A stretch of DNA of 64,000 nucleotides, taken from IMG/VR virus record IMGVR_UViG_3300048861_000178, positions 1-64,000 of that record, one strand, 5' to 3'. Source of the DNA: a virus (taxonomy: Duplodnaviria; Caudoviricetes). Both the position numbers and the translations under genes were made by a program. Positions within the stretch are counted from its first letter, which is position 1. Each line of letters begins with the position of its first letter. Positions 46,215-54,913 of this stretch are shown here, piece by piece. The notes beneath the pieces are model-generated. The model was not told the origin of the DNA, ran no database searches, and saw nothing but the letters and a program-made list of their open reading frames with translations.

Positions 46215-47099
46215 ATGTACCCATTTCTTGACACGCAGTTGAACACCTTGCTCGGGTTGATTAACACGTCGAATCCCGGTCTGAAGGTGCCTCTGACGAC
46301 CGCGATGCTACGCTCGTTGGTGCCAACTGCAGTAACGCCTGGGTCGGGACAGATCCAGGACACGAGTCTTAGACTGCTCTCAGTGCCGGGTAACCTCGGC
46401 AAGTATATCGGGACGCAGACGCTGTACTACCGGCGAATTAACTTCGCCAATCTTTTCCGCAGCATGACGTTGACGCTGGATAACTATCTCGGCTCAACCA
46501 CCATGACAGCAGCGCAGTTCTGTACGGCGTTCAATACAAAGTACGGCACGGAATTGGTGCCGACGGACTTTAGCAACCCCTCCTTCACCTCTGGGACGTC
46601 CTACACGCTCACTATGGTGTCGACGTCCCTGTGTTACGAAGGGTCGTTCACCTTCAAGTGGACGCAGGGTGTGCCGTACATGAGCCAGGTCATCGCGAGC
46701 CAGGTATTGACGGGTAAGTTGTATCCGGGTGGCAACACCTTCGGCGGGGGTCGTAAGCCCCAAGCGGATGTGTTGAGCTACGCGCTGGACTGCTCGAAGA
46801 TTCGCACGCAGCTTTTGGCGCTGAGCTCGTCCTCGACGCCGACCCCGTCAAACTGGCTCACTGCAGGTAGTGCGCTGGCAGGTATTCTGGCTTTTCTGCA
46901 ACAGAGCCTGCCAAGTCTGAATCTGAGCGGGCAGGATTCGGCCACCGCGGGTGGCTTAGGCAATCTGTTGGTGTCGCGCTATACGCTGCCTTCGGCGTCA
47001 GTGCCGGGCGCGAATAGCAACAAGTTTGCGTCTGTAGTGACGATCACCGCGGTGGCGGGGTCCTGGTTTCAGGGCACCTTCTATCTGCACTTTAACTAA
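46215..47099 (+). CDS. tail-fibre family A protein with tip domain
   Basis: LLGLINTSNP, YIGTQTLYYRRIN, ends FYLHFN. Confidence 0.82.
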   Translation: MYPFLDTQLNTLLGLINTSNPGLKVPLTTAMLRSLVPTAVTPGSGQIQDTSLRLLSVPGNLGKYIGTQTLYYRRINFANLFRSMTLTLDNYLGSTTMTAAQFCTAFNTKYGTELVPTDFSNPSFTSGTSYTLTMVSTSLCYEGSFTFKWTQGVPYMSQVIASQVLTGKLYPGGNTFGGGRKPQADVLSYALDCSKIRTQLLALSSSSTPTPSNWLTAGSALAGILAFLQQSLPSLNLSGQDSATAGGLGNLLVSRYTLPSASVPGANSNKFASVVTITAVAGSWFQGTFYLHFN

Positions 47100-47111
47100 A
47101 GGGAGGTCGAA

Positions 47112-47612
47112 GTGAGTCTGTATCAAAATTCGAGCGACGACCTCGCTGCGTTAATCAGTGCTGCCGCTGGCGTGACAGTGACATCCAGTCAGTTTACAGT
47201 AGTGGCGTTAAAGCCCACTACGACCGCTGAGCAGGCTGGAGTGGCGAACGGTAAGAACACCAAGGTTCACGTGTCGATGAACGCCGGAGCACCGCTTCGG
47301 GGTGAAATGACGCTGTACTACGACCGACTCGATTTGGGCGCGTGGGCGAACTTTAGTCCAGTGTTGCTGGTGGCCGCGCCCAATAACGACGTCTCGACAG
47401 TATTGAACACGATTCGTGACCAGTACGGTTTTACACTGACCATGAACGACATCGCTGACGTCTCGACGACAGTCGGAGGCGATGGCAATACCCACGTGGC
47501 GTTGACGGCGCTCGCGAGCTCACCCGGCTACATCGGTAGCTTTGATTGTGTATTCGCGCCGCTCCCGAACATCAGCAATCTGTTCTACTCCAGTACGCTG
47601 AGTGGCTTCTAA
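47112..47612 (+). CDS. tail-fibre family A protein (anchor module only)
   Basis: KNTKV, GEMTLYYDRLDL, ends STLSGF. Confidence 0.8.
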   Translation: MSLYQNSSDDLAALISAAAGVTVTSSQFTVVALKPTTTAEQAGVANGKNTKVHVSMNAGAPLRGEMTLYYDRLDLGAWANFSPVLLVAAPNNDVSTVLNTIRDQYGFTLTMNDIADVSTTVGGDGNTHVALTALASSPGYIGSFDCVFAPLPNISNLFYSSTLSGF

Positions 47613-47626
47613 AACAAGGATGTGAG

Positions 47627-47974
47627 ATGGCAACGACTTTTTGGCCGAACTATCTCTTCTTCACAGACTTTTCCAGTGACGGCGACGAGCTGTCCAAAGT
47701 ACCTGTGGGAGTACTCAGTGCGTCGGATGCGACGTTGCTGGCTGCCTCACTGAGCACGCATGACAAGGGTGCGCATGGTGCTAACTGGACGGACAAGGAA
47801 GAAGAGCCTTACACGCTGGCAGGCGCCACTGTGCTCTTTAACGGCGAGAACCACACGCACCTGCCTTCGAACGCGCTGTTCAAGTATGCGTTGATTGTGC
47901 AATTGCCGTGGGCAGAGGGTCCGCACAACCTGCTGGTGCTGCAGTACAACGAAACACCTGCGCCGGTGTTGTAA
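47627..47974 (+). CDS. stand-alone tail-fibre tip domain
   Basis: Collinear with the C-terminal half of 45269-46162 (YL...DF, L.GAT...NG.N, N...KY...QL, L.YN). Confidence 0.75.
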   Translation: MATTFWPNYLFFTDFSSDGDELSKVPVGVLSASDATLLAASLSTHDKGAHGANWTDKEEEPYTLAGATVLFNGENHTHLPSNALFKYALIVQLPWAEGPHNLLVLQYNETPAPVL

Positions 47975-48045
47975 TGCCGATTCTGGGAAAGCTTCCCAGA
48001 GGCTTTCCTGGCATACGCATTTCGATTTACTCCTAAGAGGCAATC

Positions 48046-49752
48046 ATGACGCTTCGCGCATTAATCTCGTTTGATCATGTTCCGCTCAATACCAATTTCA
48101 CCTTGCCTGTTGGGACCACGTACGCTTCGAATACCCTGAACACTCAGTACGGTATGCCAGGTGGTGTGATGACTGGCTTAAATGCTGCGGCGGCGGCGAT
48201 TTATACGCCCACCAATGCGATCGCGCTTGGGCCCTCCCCTAATTCTGGCTATAACGCCGGATACGTCGTTTCTCTGGCTGACCTGGGGTGGTTGCAAAAC
48301 GGCGCGACCCAGGGTTGGATGGGTTTTCGCACCTATGCGTCTTCGAGCGGTTCGACGACCGCTTCAGTGGCGGGTTTTCTCACTGCGCTATCGGGATTGA
48401 CCAATTCCGGGTCCGGTATTGCCTCGGTGCTCACGGAAGCTCAGCTGGCACGACCGGGTTACGGGGCGACAGCGTTGCAATATGTCGAAGTCTTTGTCGA
48501 CATGACAGCCCTGACGTATCAGACATATGTCAACGGTATCCAGACGGCTTCCGGTTCACTGCCCTCAGGATGCCAGTATGTCGTGTTTGGGGGTACGTAC
48601 TACACGGCAGCGGGTGGCGGCATGCAGGCCTATCGGGATTTCTACTTCCTCGATGTGGATGCGACTAAGCCCAATGGTCGACTGGGTCCGATTACCAGCA
48701 CGGCGCTCGCACCGAGCGTGAGTACCAGCCAGCTGGCGAACTACGGGAACTTTTCCTTTGCCCTGAATGGCAGCGCTACGGTCTCCAATGCGCAAGCCAA
48801 GTTCGGTACTGCGTCGCTCTACCCGACCCCATCCACCAATGGCGCGGTGGTCATCACAGATGCGCCCCAGTACCGTGCGGTGACTGGCGACATGACCTAC
48901 GAATGCTGGGCCATGTGCACGAATGCGAGTCAGTCAGCGGGTTTTCTGTGTAAGGATTCCGGCGCAGCCCCATGGGCACGATTGCAGTACGTCTCAGGTG
49001 TGTGGCAGTTGCTGACTGACCAGGCCTCGGGTACGCCTGCGCTCAGCGCTACAGGTAACCCAACCGTGAATCAGTGGTTCCATCTGGCCTTGGTGCGGTA
49101 TCAAGGTACCTGGACCATTTACCAGAACGGCGTCGCAATCGGTAGCGTCGCTGGCGGCACCTTTGGTAACAATACAGCCAATCTGGTGCTCGGCAATAAT
49201 AACAATCTGTCCAGCGTGTGGACTGGCTATATTGACGAGTTCCGGGTGTCGAACATCGCACGTTACACGGCGAACTTCACTCCGTCAACGCAGCCATTTG
49301 CAACCGACGCGAACACCATGTTGTTGATGCATTTTGATTCGGTGGTCGGTGCGTCAGTCGCGGACTACAGTAACAATGAGCCGTCGGCATTTCAGACTGC
49401 TTATGGCGCTACCCCGACGATGACACCTCTGGTGCAAAACGGCGCAGACAATCAACCGATTGCGCTGAACTTCGCCCCCAGCGTGCCAGCCGGTCAGAAG
49501 GTTGTCGCGATGCAGTACAAGCTCGCGGCTCAAGTGCCGTTTGCGATGAACTTGCTCGCCTCCATGCAAGAAGGTCAGACCACCAAGACGTTGGCGACGT
49601 ATCAATTCCGTGACACGACCGCTCAGTATGCGCGTGATCTCGCCGGAATTCAGGTGACTGCACCGGACGGCAATGGCTGGACGAGTACCAATATTGCGGC
49701 GACTAACCTCGTGTTGCAACCGCAGTCGACCACAGCGGCGAATACCAACTAA
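48046..49752 (+). CDS. family B lectin-like virion protein with an internally inserted LamG domain
   Basis: LRALISFDH, GFRT, YVEV, YRDFYFLD.D...RLGPI, LamG block, APDG..W. Confidence 0.82.
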   Translation: MTLRALISFDHVPLNTNFTLPVGTTYASNTLNTQYGMPGGVMTGLNAAAAAIYTPTNAIALGPSPNSGYNAGYVVSLADLGWLQNGATQGWMGFRTYASSSGSTTASVAGFLTALSGLTNSGSGIASVLTEAQLARPGYGATALQYVEVFVDMTALTYQTYVNGIQTASGSLPSGCQYVVFGGTYYTAAGGGMQAYRDFYFLDVDATKPNGRLGPITSTALAPSVSTSQLANYGNFSFALNGSATVSNAQAKFGTASLYPTPSTNGAVVITDAPQYRAVTGDMTYECWAMCTNASQSAGFLCKDSGAAPWARLQYVSGVWQLLTDQASGTPALSATGNPTVNQWFHLALVRYQGTWTIYQNGVAIGSVAGGTFGNNTANLVLGNNNNLSSVWTGYIDEFRVSNIARYTANFTPSTQPFATDANTMLLMHFDSVVGASVADYSNNEPSAFQTAYGATPTMTPLVQNGADNQPIALNFAPSVPAGQKVVAMQYKLAAQVPFAMNLLASMQEGQTTKTLATYQFRDTTAQYARDLAGIQVTAPDGNGWTSTNIAATNLVLQPQSTTAANTN

Positions 49753-49838
49753 GCATGAGCGGGCACTTGATCTCTTCTCCTTGTGAGGAGAGGGGGTTGG
49801 GTGTCTGCTTATGCCATCGAATTACATTGGAGTAGGTT

Positions 49839-51515
49839 ATGGCAATCCATGACTTGTGGTCGTTTGATAATGCGCCAGTGGGTACGAGTTTGCTCACCGG
49901 CACGACTGACCTCACCTCAACAACGGGTCCGAGCAACGTTTACAACTACTATACGGGCAATCCCGGTTGCACGTACACCTATACCAGCAGTCCGTTTGCA
50001 GTGGATGCGAACGGCTTTGCTAACTCGACGAATAACTCGAGCGGCAACGGCAGCATGATCTGGTTTAAGCTCGCCCAAGTACTGAATTTCACGACCTCGA
50101 CGAAGTGGGCGATTGGTTTTCGGACCAAGTCCAGTCAGGCAGTAACTGGTTCGACAGCGGGTCGTGTGTTTTGTACCACGGCAGGCTGGGCGACCGCTAT
50201 ATTGCGCACTTGGATCGCCGAAGCCGACCTCGTAGCCCCGGCCAACACGGAGCTGTATGTTGAGCTCGTGGTGGATTCTTCCCTGTTGACCTATTGGCTC
50301 TATATCAACGGCAGTCTCGTGCGCCAGACCGCCTATACGTCGGGGAATTTCCCCTCAACGGGTTATGCTGCTTTTGGCACCGGTAGTACGGTGGGAACTG
50401 CCAACGCCACACGCGGTTATCGGGACTTCTACTTCCTGGATTTTGATAGCACTGACACGACGCGCTTGGGTCCGATCCGTTCCTCGATCGCTTCCCTCTC
50501 GAACATTTCGGGTTCGGAATGGACGCTCAATAGTGCGGCCGACCTGCCGACCGCTTTGAATACCGTGTTGCAAAACCCGCCGATCACCACACCGAGTGCC
50601 TCGGCTCCGGCAGACAATCAGCCGATTACAGCCACCCTCGGGACAAGCCTGGCGGCGAATGTATCCATCATTGCAGTGCAGCCCATGATCTCCTTTATTG
50701 GGGATAGCGCACTGAATACGCTTGATCTGACGCTGACACAAAATGCTCAAGCGCTGGATCTCGGTAAGCTCGCGCCGCCCGTGTCTGCTAACCAGTTTAA
50801 TCAAAAGTGGGCGATTAGTCGTAAAGCTCCCGATGGCGGGATTTGGACCCCTACCAAGCTGGGTCAGACGTCGGCGTCCTTGACACCTGCGGCTCAGCGT
50901 ACTGTTGTCTTGCTGCACATGGAGAATACTACGGACGCCGCCGTATCGCGCACGTGGACACTCAATGGCACTGCAGCTATCTCTACGGCGCAAACAAAGT
51001 TCGGTTCTTCTTCGCTCACTTCGGGCAGCTCAGGCTATCTAAGCGCCCCCGTAGATGCGACCGAGGTCTTTGGTTCAACCTTCACGTTTGAATGCTGGGC
51101 GTATCGTAACTCCGGATTTGGTGATACCAATATCCTGAGCATGTCGACGCAGAACGATTCGACGCACCAAACCGGTATCGGTCAGCAGTCGAATATGGGT
51201 CTGGCGATTTACTTGACCGATGGTAAAGCCTGGCAGTCCTTGGCACCAACCTCGGCATTTCCGCTGAATCAGTGGAATCACGTCGCAGTGGTGTATAACA
51301 ACGGAGTCTACACAGGTTACATCAACGGCGTGGCACAGGGTAGCATTACCTCGGCTTCCACCTTCGGTTTGGCGGGTGCAACCTGTACGATTGGCGGAAT
51401 CCGCTACAACAGCGTTTCGCAGTTCCCTGGCTATCTCGACGAGGTCCGACTCAGTAATGTGGCGCGCTACACCGCTAACTTTACACCCCCGACTGCGGCC
51501 TTCGTGCTGGACTAA
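49839..51515 (+). CDS. family B lectin-like virion protein with a C-terminal LamG domain
   Basis: IHDLWSFDN, YRDFYFLD...RLGPI, APDGGIWTP, then FTFECW...WNHVAVV...DEVRLSNVARY. Confidence 0.82.
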   Translation: MAIHDLWSFDNAPVGTSLLTGTTDLTSTTGPSNVYNYYTGNPGCTYTYTSSPFAVDANGFANSTNNSSGNGSMIWFKLAQVLNFTTSTKWAIGFRTKSSQAVTGSTAGRVFCTTAGWATAILRTWIAEADLVAPANTELYVELVVDSSLLTYWLYINGSLVRQTAYTSGNFPSTGYAAFGTGSTVGTANATRGYRDFYFLDFDSTDTTRLGPIRSSIASLSNISGSEWTLNSAADLPTALNTVLQNPPITTPSASAPADNQPITATLGTSLAANVSIIAVQPMISFIGDSALNTLDLTLTQNAQALDLGKLAPPVSANQFNQKWAISRKAPDGGIWTPTKLGQTSASLTPAAQRTVVLLHMENTTDAAVSRTWTLNGTAAISTAQTKFGSSSLTSGSSGYLSAPVDATEVFGSTFTFECWAYRNSGFGDTNILSMSTQNDSTHQTGIGQQSNMGLAIYLTDGKAWQSLAPTSAFPLNQWNHVAVVYNNGVYTGYINGVAQGSITSASTFGLAGATCTIGGIRYNSVSQFPGYLDEVRLSNVARYTANFTPPTAAFVLD

Positions 51516-51595
51516 AGCGCGGCTAATGATGTGTATTCTGGCGGTTCTTATTCATCGAGGACCGTCAGTGCTGGGTTATTTTAAGAGGATTGAAC

Positions 51596-52672
51596 ATGAC
51601 TTTGCGAGCCTTGTGGACGTACGATCACATTGCCAACGCATCCGCTATTACCCTGACGTCACTGGCTGCCTATACGCCTAATAACGCGTACAATCTGCTC
51701 ACGGGTAATCCCGGTACGCCGATTCTACGCGCGGGTACAGCCAACGTGGTGATCAATGCGCTGGTGGCGGGTGCAGCACCTGGCGCGTATCGGGGTGGTG
51801 GTATTGGGTTTGGTAACAGCACCTCGCAGGCCCAGGCGCTGGTGGTCGCGCTTGCGGATGTACCGCTGCTGCAGGGCGGAGTGACCAAAGCGTATATCGG
51901 TTTTCGGACCTGGAGCTCGGTCATTCCGGCGCCGGGTACTTCTTCGGTCTTTGGGGTGGCGTCTTCCGCCACGGCTGTGCCGACTGCGCTGGTGAATGAA
52001 ACCCAACTGGCGCGCGTGGTGAATGTGACGCAGTACGTGGAGGTGATGCTCGACATTGCCAATAACCAGTACTCGGCCTGGGTGGATGGGCTTAAGATTG
52101 TCGATAAGGCGGCGCTTGTCGCAGGCTTTACGTATCTGGTGTTTGGCTCCAATGCGGTGACAACGAACTCCTGTAACTTCTCGTTTCAGGATTTCTACTT
52201 TGTCGACGCCGATGCGACGCTGCCCAATACGCGACTCGGTCCGATCCAGTCGGCTTTGGCAACCATTGCTGCGGTCAGTGCGCCGAACTATACTTCCAGT
52301 GACGCAAAGACGCCGCTGGCGGACTTCACCACTGCGTATAGTGCCGCGCCTGCTGCGACGCCAAACATTACCAATGCGGCGACCAATGATCCTGTCACGG
52401 TGAACTTCACTTCACAAGCCCCTGCTGGGGCAGGCATGATTGCGGTGCAGTACAAGATGGCAGCCAGCGTCACAGCAACTGCGCAGATGTCAGCACAGCT
52501 CAAGCAGGCCTCGACCACCAAGAACTTGCCCACCTACACGTTTAGCGACCTCACGATGGACTTTGGTCGTGATTTGTCGGGCGTGCAGACGACGGACCCG
52601 AGCGGCAATGCTTGGAGCGATGCAGGACTGGCGGCCACTGCGCTGATTGTTCAGCCGGTCTCGCTCACCTAA
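51596..52672 (+). CDS. family B lectin-like virion protein
   Basis: LRALWTYDH, GFRT, YVEV, FQDFYFVD...RLGPI, DPSGNAW. Confidence 0.82.
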   Translation: MTLRALWTYDHIANASAITLTSLAAYTPNNAYNLLTGNPGTPILRAGTANVVINALVAGAAPGAYRGGGIGFGNSTSQAQALVVALADVPLLQGGVTKAYIGFRTWSSVIPAPGTSSVFGVASSATAVPTALVNETQLARVVNVTQYVEVMLDIANNQYSAWVDGLKIVDKAALVAGFTYLVFGSNAVTTNSCNFSFQDFYFVDADATLPNTRLGPIQSALATIAAVSAPNYTSSDAKTPLADFTTAYSAAPAATPNITNAATNDPVTVNFTSQAPAGAGMIAVQYKMAASVTATAQMSAQLKQASTTKNLPTYTFSDLTMDFGRDLSGVQTTDPSGNAWSDAGLAATALIVQPVSLT

Positions 52673-52755
52673 GCAGCGGCATTGAGAGCCCTGTCGCTCT
52701 CCCCAAGGGAGGGTGGCGGGGTTCTTATGTTCGTTCTATCAAGAGAGTTAAGAGA

Positions 52756-53805
52756 ATGGCTATTCGAGATTTTTGGGGCTTTGACAATATCCCCCCTTAC
52801 ACGAGCGGTGCCACGGCGCTCAACTACTTACGGCCCGATATTACGGTCTCTAACTATTACCTTAGCTACGGAACCGTGTTGAAGGGTACTGGTAGCTGGG
52901 CGAACTGGCTTGTGTGCACCGGCGGCACTAACCCGTATCCGAACACGAACTACGGGACCTACAATCCGCTCATTTCTGTCCCCTATCAGAACCTCAGCGA
53001 TTTCACCACGACGCGTAGCTTTATGGGGATGCGGTTTCAGATCAATAACAACTCATTCTCTACCCAGGTGCTGTACCTACAGAACACGGCAGGCACCAAA
53101 CAGACGCTGTTGCTCAATACCCAGCTCGCCCTGAACACCTCGCAGTACGTCGAGGTGATGATTGATCGCACTAACACGCAGATTGTGGTATGGGTCGACG
53201 GCGTGCAGGTCTCGAGCACGTTCTTTGACTTCAATGCGTTTGTGTCGGCGGATGGTAATGCGTGGCTGGTATTCGGTTGTAACACTGGTTCTGCGCTTTA
53301 CACCTGGTACATGCGTGATGCGTACTTCCTCGATGACACCCAGGATGCCACGCAATGTAATCGTCTGGGTCCGGTGGATGTGCGCGCTCAAGCGCTCGCT
53401 TCGGTAACTGCACCGAACTGGGTGTCAAGCGACAGTGCAACCGCATTGGCGGATTTGTCGAGTCCCTTTACGACGACCGCTGGCTCACTCACTGCACCGA
53501 CGCTCACGGAACCATCGACGATGGACCCGGTGCAGTTTACGCTTTCCAACGCGAACCTCATCGCAGGCGAGAGCATTCTGGGCGTGAAAGCGGATATCAC
53601 CGGACAGCGCATCGGTGGTTACGCGTACGCGCCTCAGATCTCGATGAAGTGGAATAACCAGACTGTGAACGGCAAGCAAATGAAGTATGCGACCCCGAGC
53701 ACCTGGAACTACAACCAGAATGCTTTCCTGCTGGAAAAAGCGCCTGACGGGACACCCTGGACGCCGCAGGCGGTAGCAGGCGCCGTGGCAATCCTCACCC
53801 CGTAA
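52756..53805 (+). CDS. family B lectin-like virion protein
   Basis: IRDFWGFDN, YVEV, MRDAYFLD...RLGPV, APDGTPWTP. Confidence 0.82.
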   Translation: MAIRDFWGFDNIPPYTSGATALNYLRPDITVSNYYLSYGTVLKGTGSWANWLVCTGGTNPYPNTNYGTYNPLISVPYQNLSDFTTTRSFMGMRFQINNNSFSTQVLYLQNTAGTKQTLLLNTQLALNTSQYVEVMIDRTNTQIVVWVDGVQVSSTFFDFNAFVSADGNAWLVFGCNTGSALYTWYMRDAYFLDDTQDATQCNRLGPVDVRAQALASVTAPNWVSSDSATALADLSSPFTTTAGSLTAPTLTEPSTMDPVQFTLSNANLIAGESILGVKADITGQRIGGYAYAPQISMKWNNQTVNGKQMKYATPSTWNYNQNAFLLEKAPDGTPWTPQAVAGAVAILTP

Positions 53806-53820
53806 TCCAAGGGATCGAAC

Positions 53821-54903
53821 ATGGCTCTTCACGATTTATGGCATTTTGAAAATGCCCCGGTTGGCCAGAACTTGGTGTCGACGTTGTGGTCGTCCAGTGT
53901 GGCCTATACCGGAAGCGGCGGGCTCTATAATCAGAACACTGGGTTGCCGGGTATGTTGACCTATCAGGGCACCACGGCCAATACCTGGGCTGTGTCCGCC
54001 GATGGCTTTCTGGTCAATACAGCCAATGCGTCTGGTGCAGCGGGTTCGCTCTTTATTGCGACAGCCTCGGTGATGGATTTCACCACGCCGACGCAGTACT
54101 GGTTTGGCTTTCGCACCAAGCTGGTGGCAGGCACGCCGAGCGCGACGGCGAACTTCTTGATCGTCTCCAATACAGCAGGCTATGGTACCTGGTCTTCACT
54201 CCTGAGCGAGACCCAACTGATCAATGCAGGCTTGGCGGTGATTGGGGTCGAGCATTTTGTTGAATGCTTTATCAATCGCACGGCGCTTACGTTCCAGGTA
54301 TATGTGGATGGCTTGTTGGTGAATTCCGGCTCACTAACCAGTACCACCTTTTCGAGCACTAGCTTCCTGACCTTTGGCGCGGCCAACGGATCAGCCGGTG
54401 CGAATATGGCGCGGGGCTTCCGGGACTTCTACTTCTTGGACGTGGACGCCAGCACTCCTGGACGGTTAGGTTCAATCCGAGCAAAAGCGACGACGACCGC
54501 CGCCGCCAACGGTTCGGAATGGACCCCGAATGGTGCCGCCGATCTCGTCACAGCACTCAATACAGCCAACGCCAATCCCCCGGTGGTGACGCCTTATGTG
54601 CAAGCACCTACGGATAACCAACCACTCGCGCTGACGATGGCGACTAACATCGCTGCGGCGGGCAACAAGATTATTGCCGTGCAACCGTCGCTGTCTTATC
54701 AGTCCAGCGGCGCCGGGGTGGTAAAGGTAAACGCGAGCTTGCAAGATAGCGCCAGTAACACTACAGCGCTTGGTCAGTTTGTTAATGGGGGTGGGTTGCA
54801 GCTTAATCAGCGGCTACCCTTTGCTACCATGGCGCCGGATGGGTCCAGTTGGACACCGGCTAAGATTAACCAGAGTCAGTTTGTGCTGACTCCTACCTCA
54901 TAA
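53821..54903 (+). CDS. family B lectin-like virion protein
   Basis: LHDLWHFEN, GFRTK, FRDFYFLD...RLGSI, APDGSSWTP. Confidence 0.82.
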   Translation: MALHDLWHFENAPVGQNLVSTLWSSSVAYTGSGGLYNQNTGLPGMLTYQGTTANTWAVSADGFLVNTANASGAAGSLFIATASVMDFTTPTQYWFGFRTKLVAGTPSATANFLIVSNTAGYGTWSSLLSETQLINAGLAVIGVEHFVECFINRTALTFQVYVDGLLVNSGSLTSTTFSSTSFLTFGAANGSAGANMARGFRDFYFLDVDASTPGRLGSIRAKATTTAAANGSEWTPNGAADLVTALNTANANPPVVTPYVQAPTDNQPLALTMATNIAAAGNKIIAVQPSLSYQSSGAGVVKVNASLQDSASNTTALGQFVNGGGLQLNQRLPFATMAPDGSSWTPAKINQSQFVLTPTS

Positions 54904-54913
54904 GGGGGCGTGA

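Noticed and set aside
50421-54435. Exact 4000-bp spacing of identical 15-mers
   Set aside because: Explained by conserved RDFYFLD codons in paralogous genes; the round spacing is coincidental
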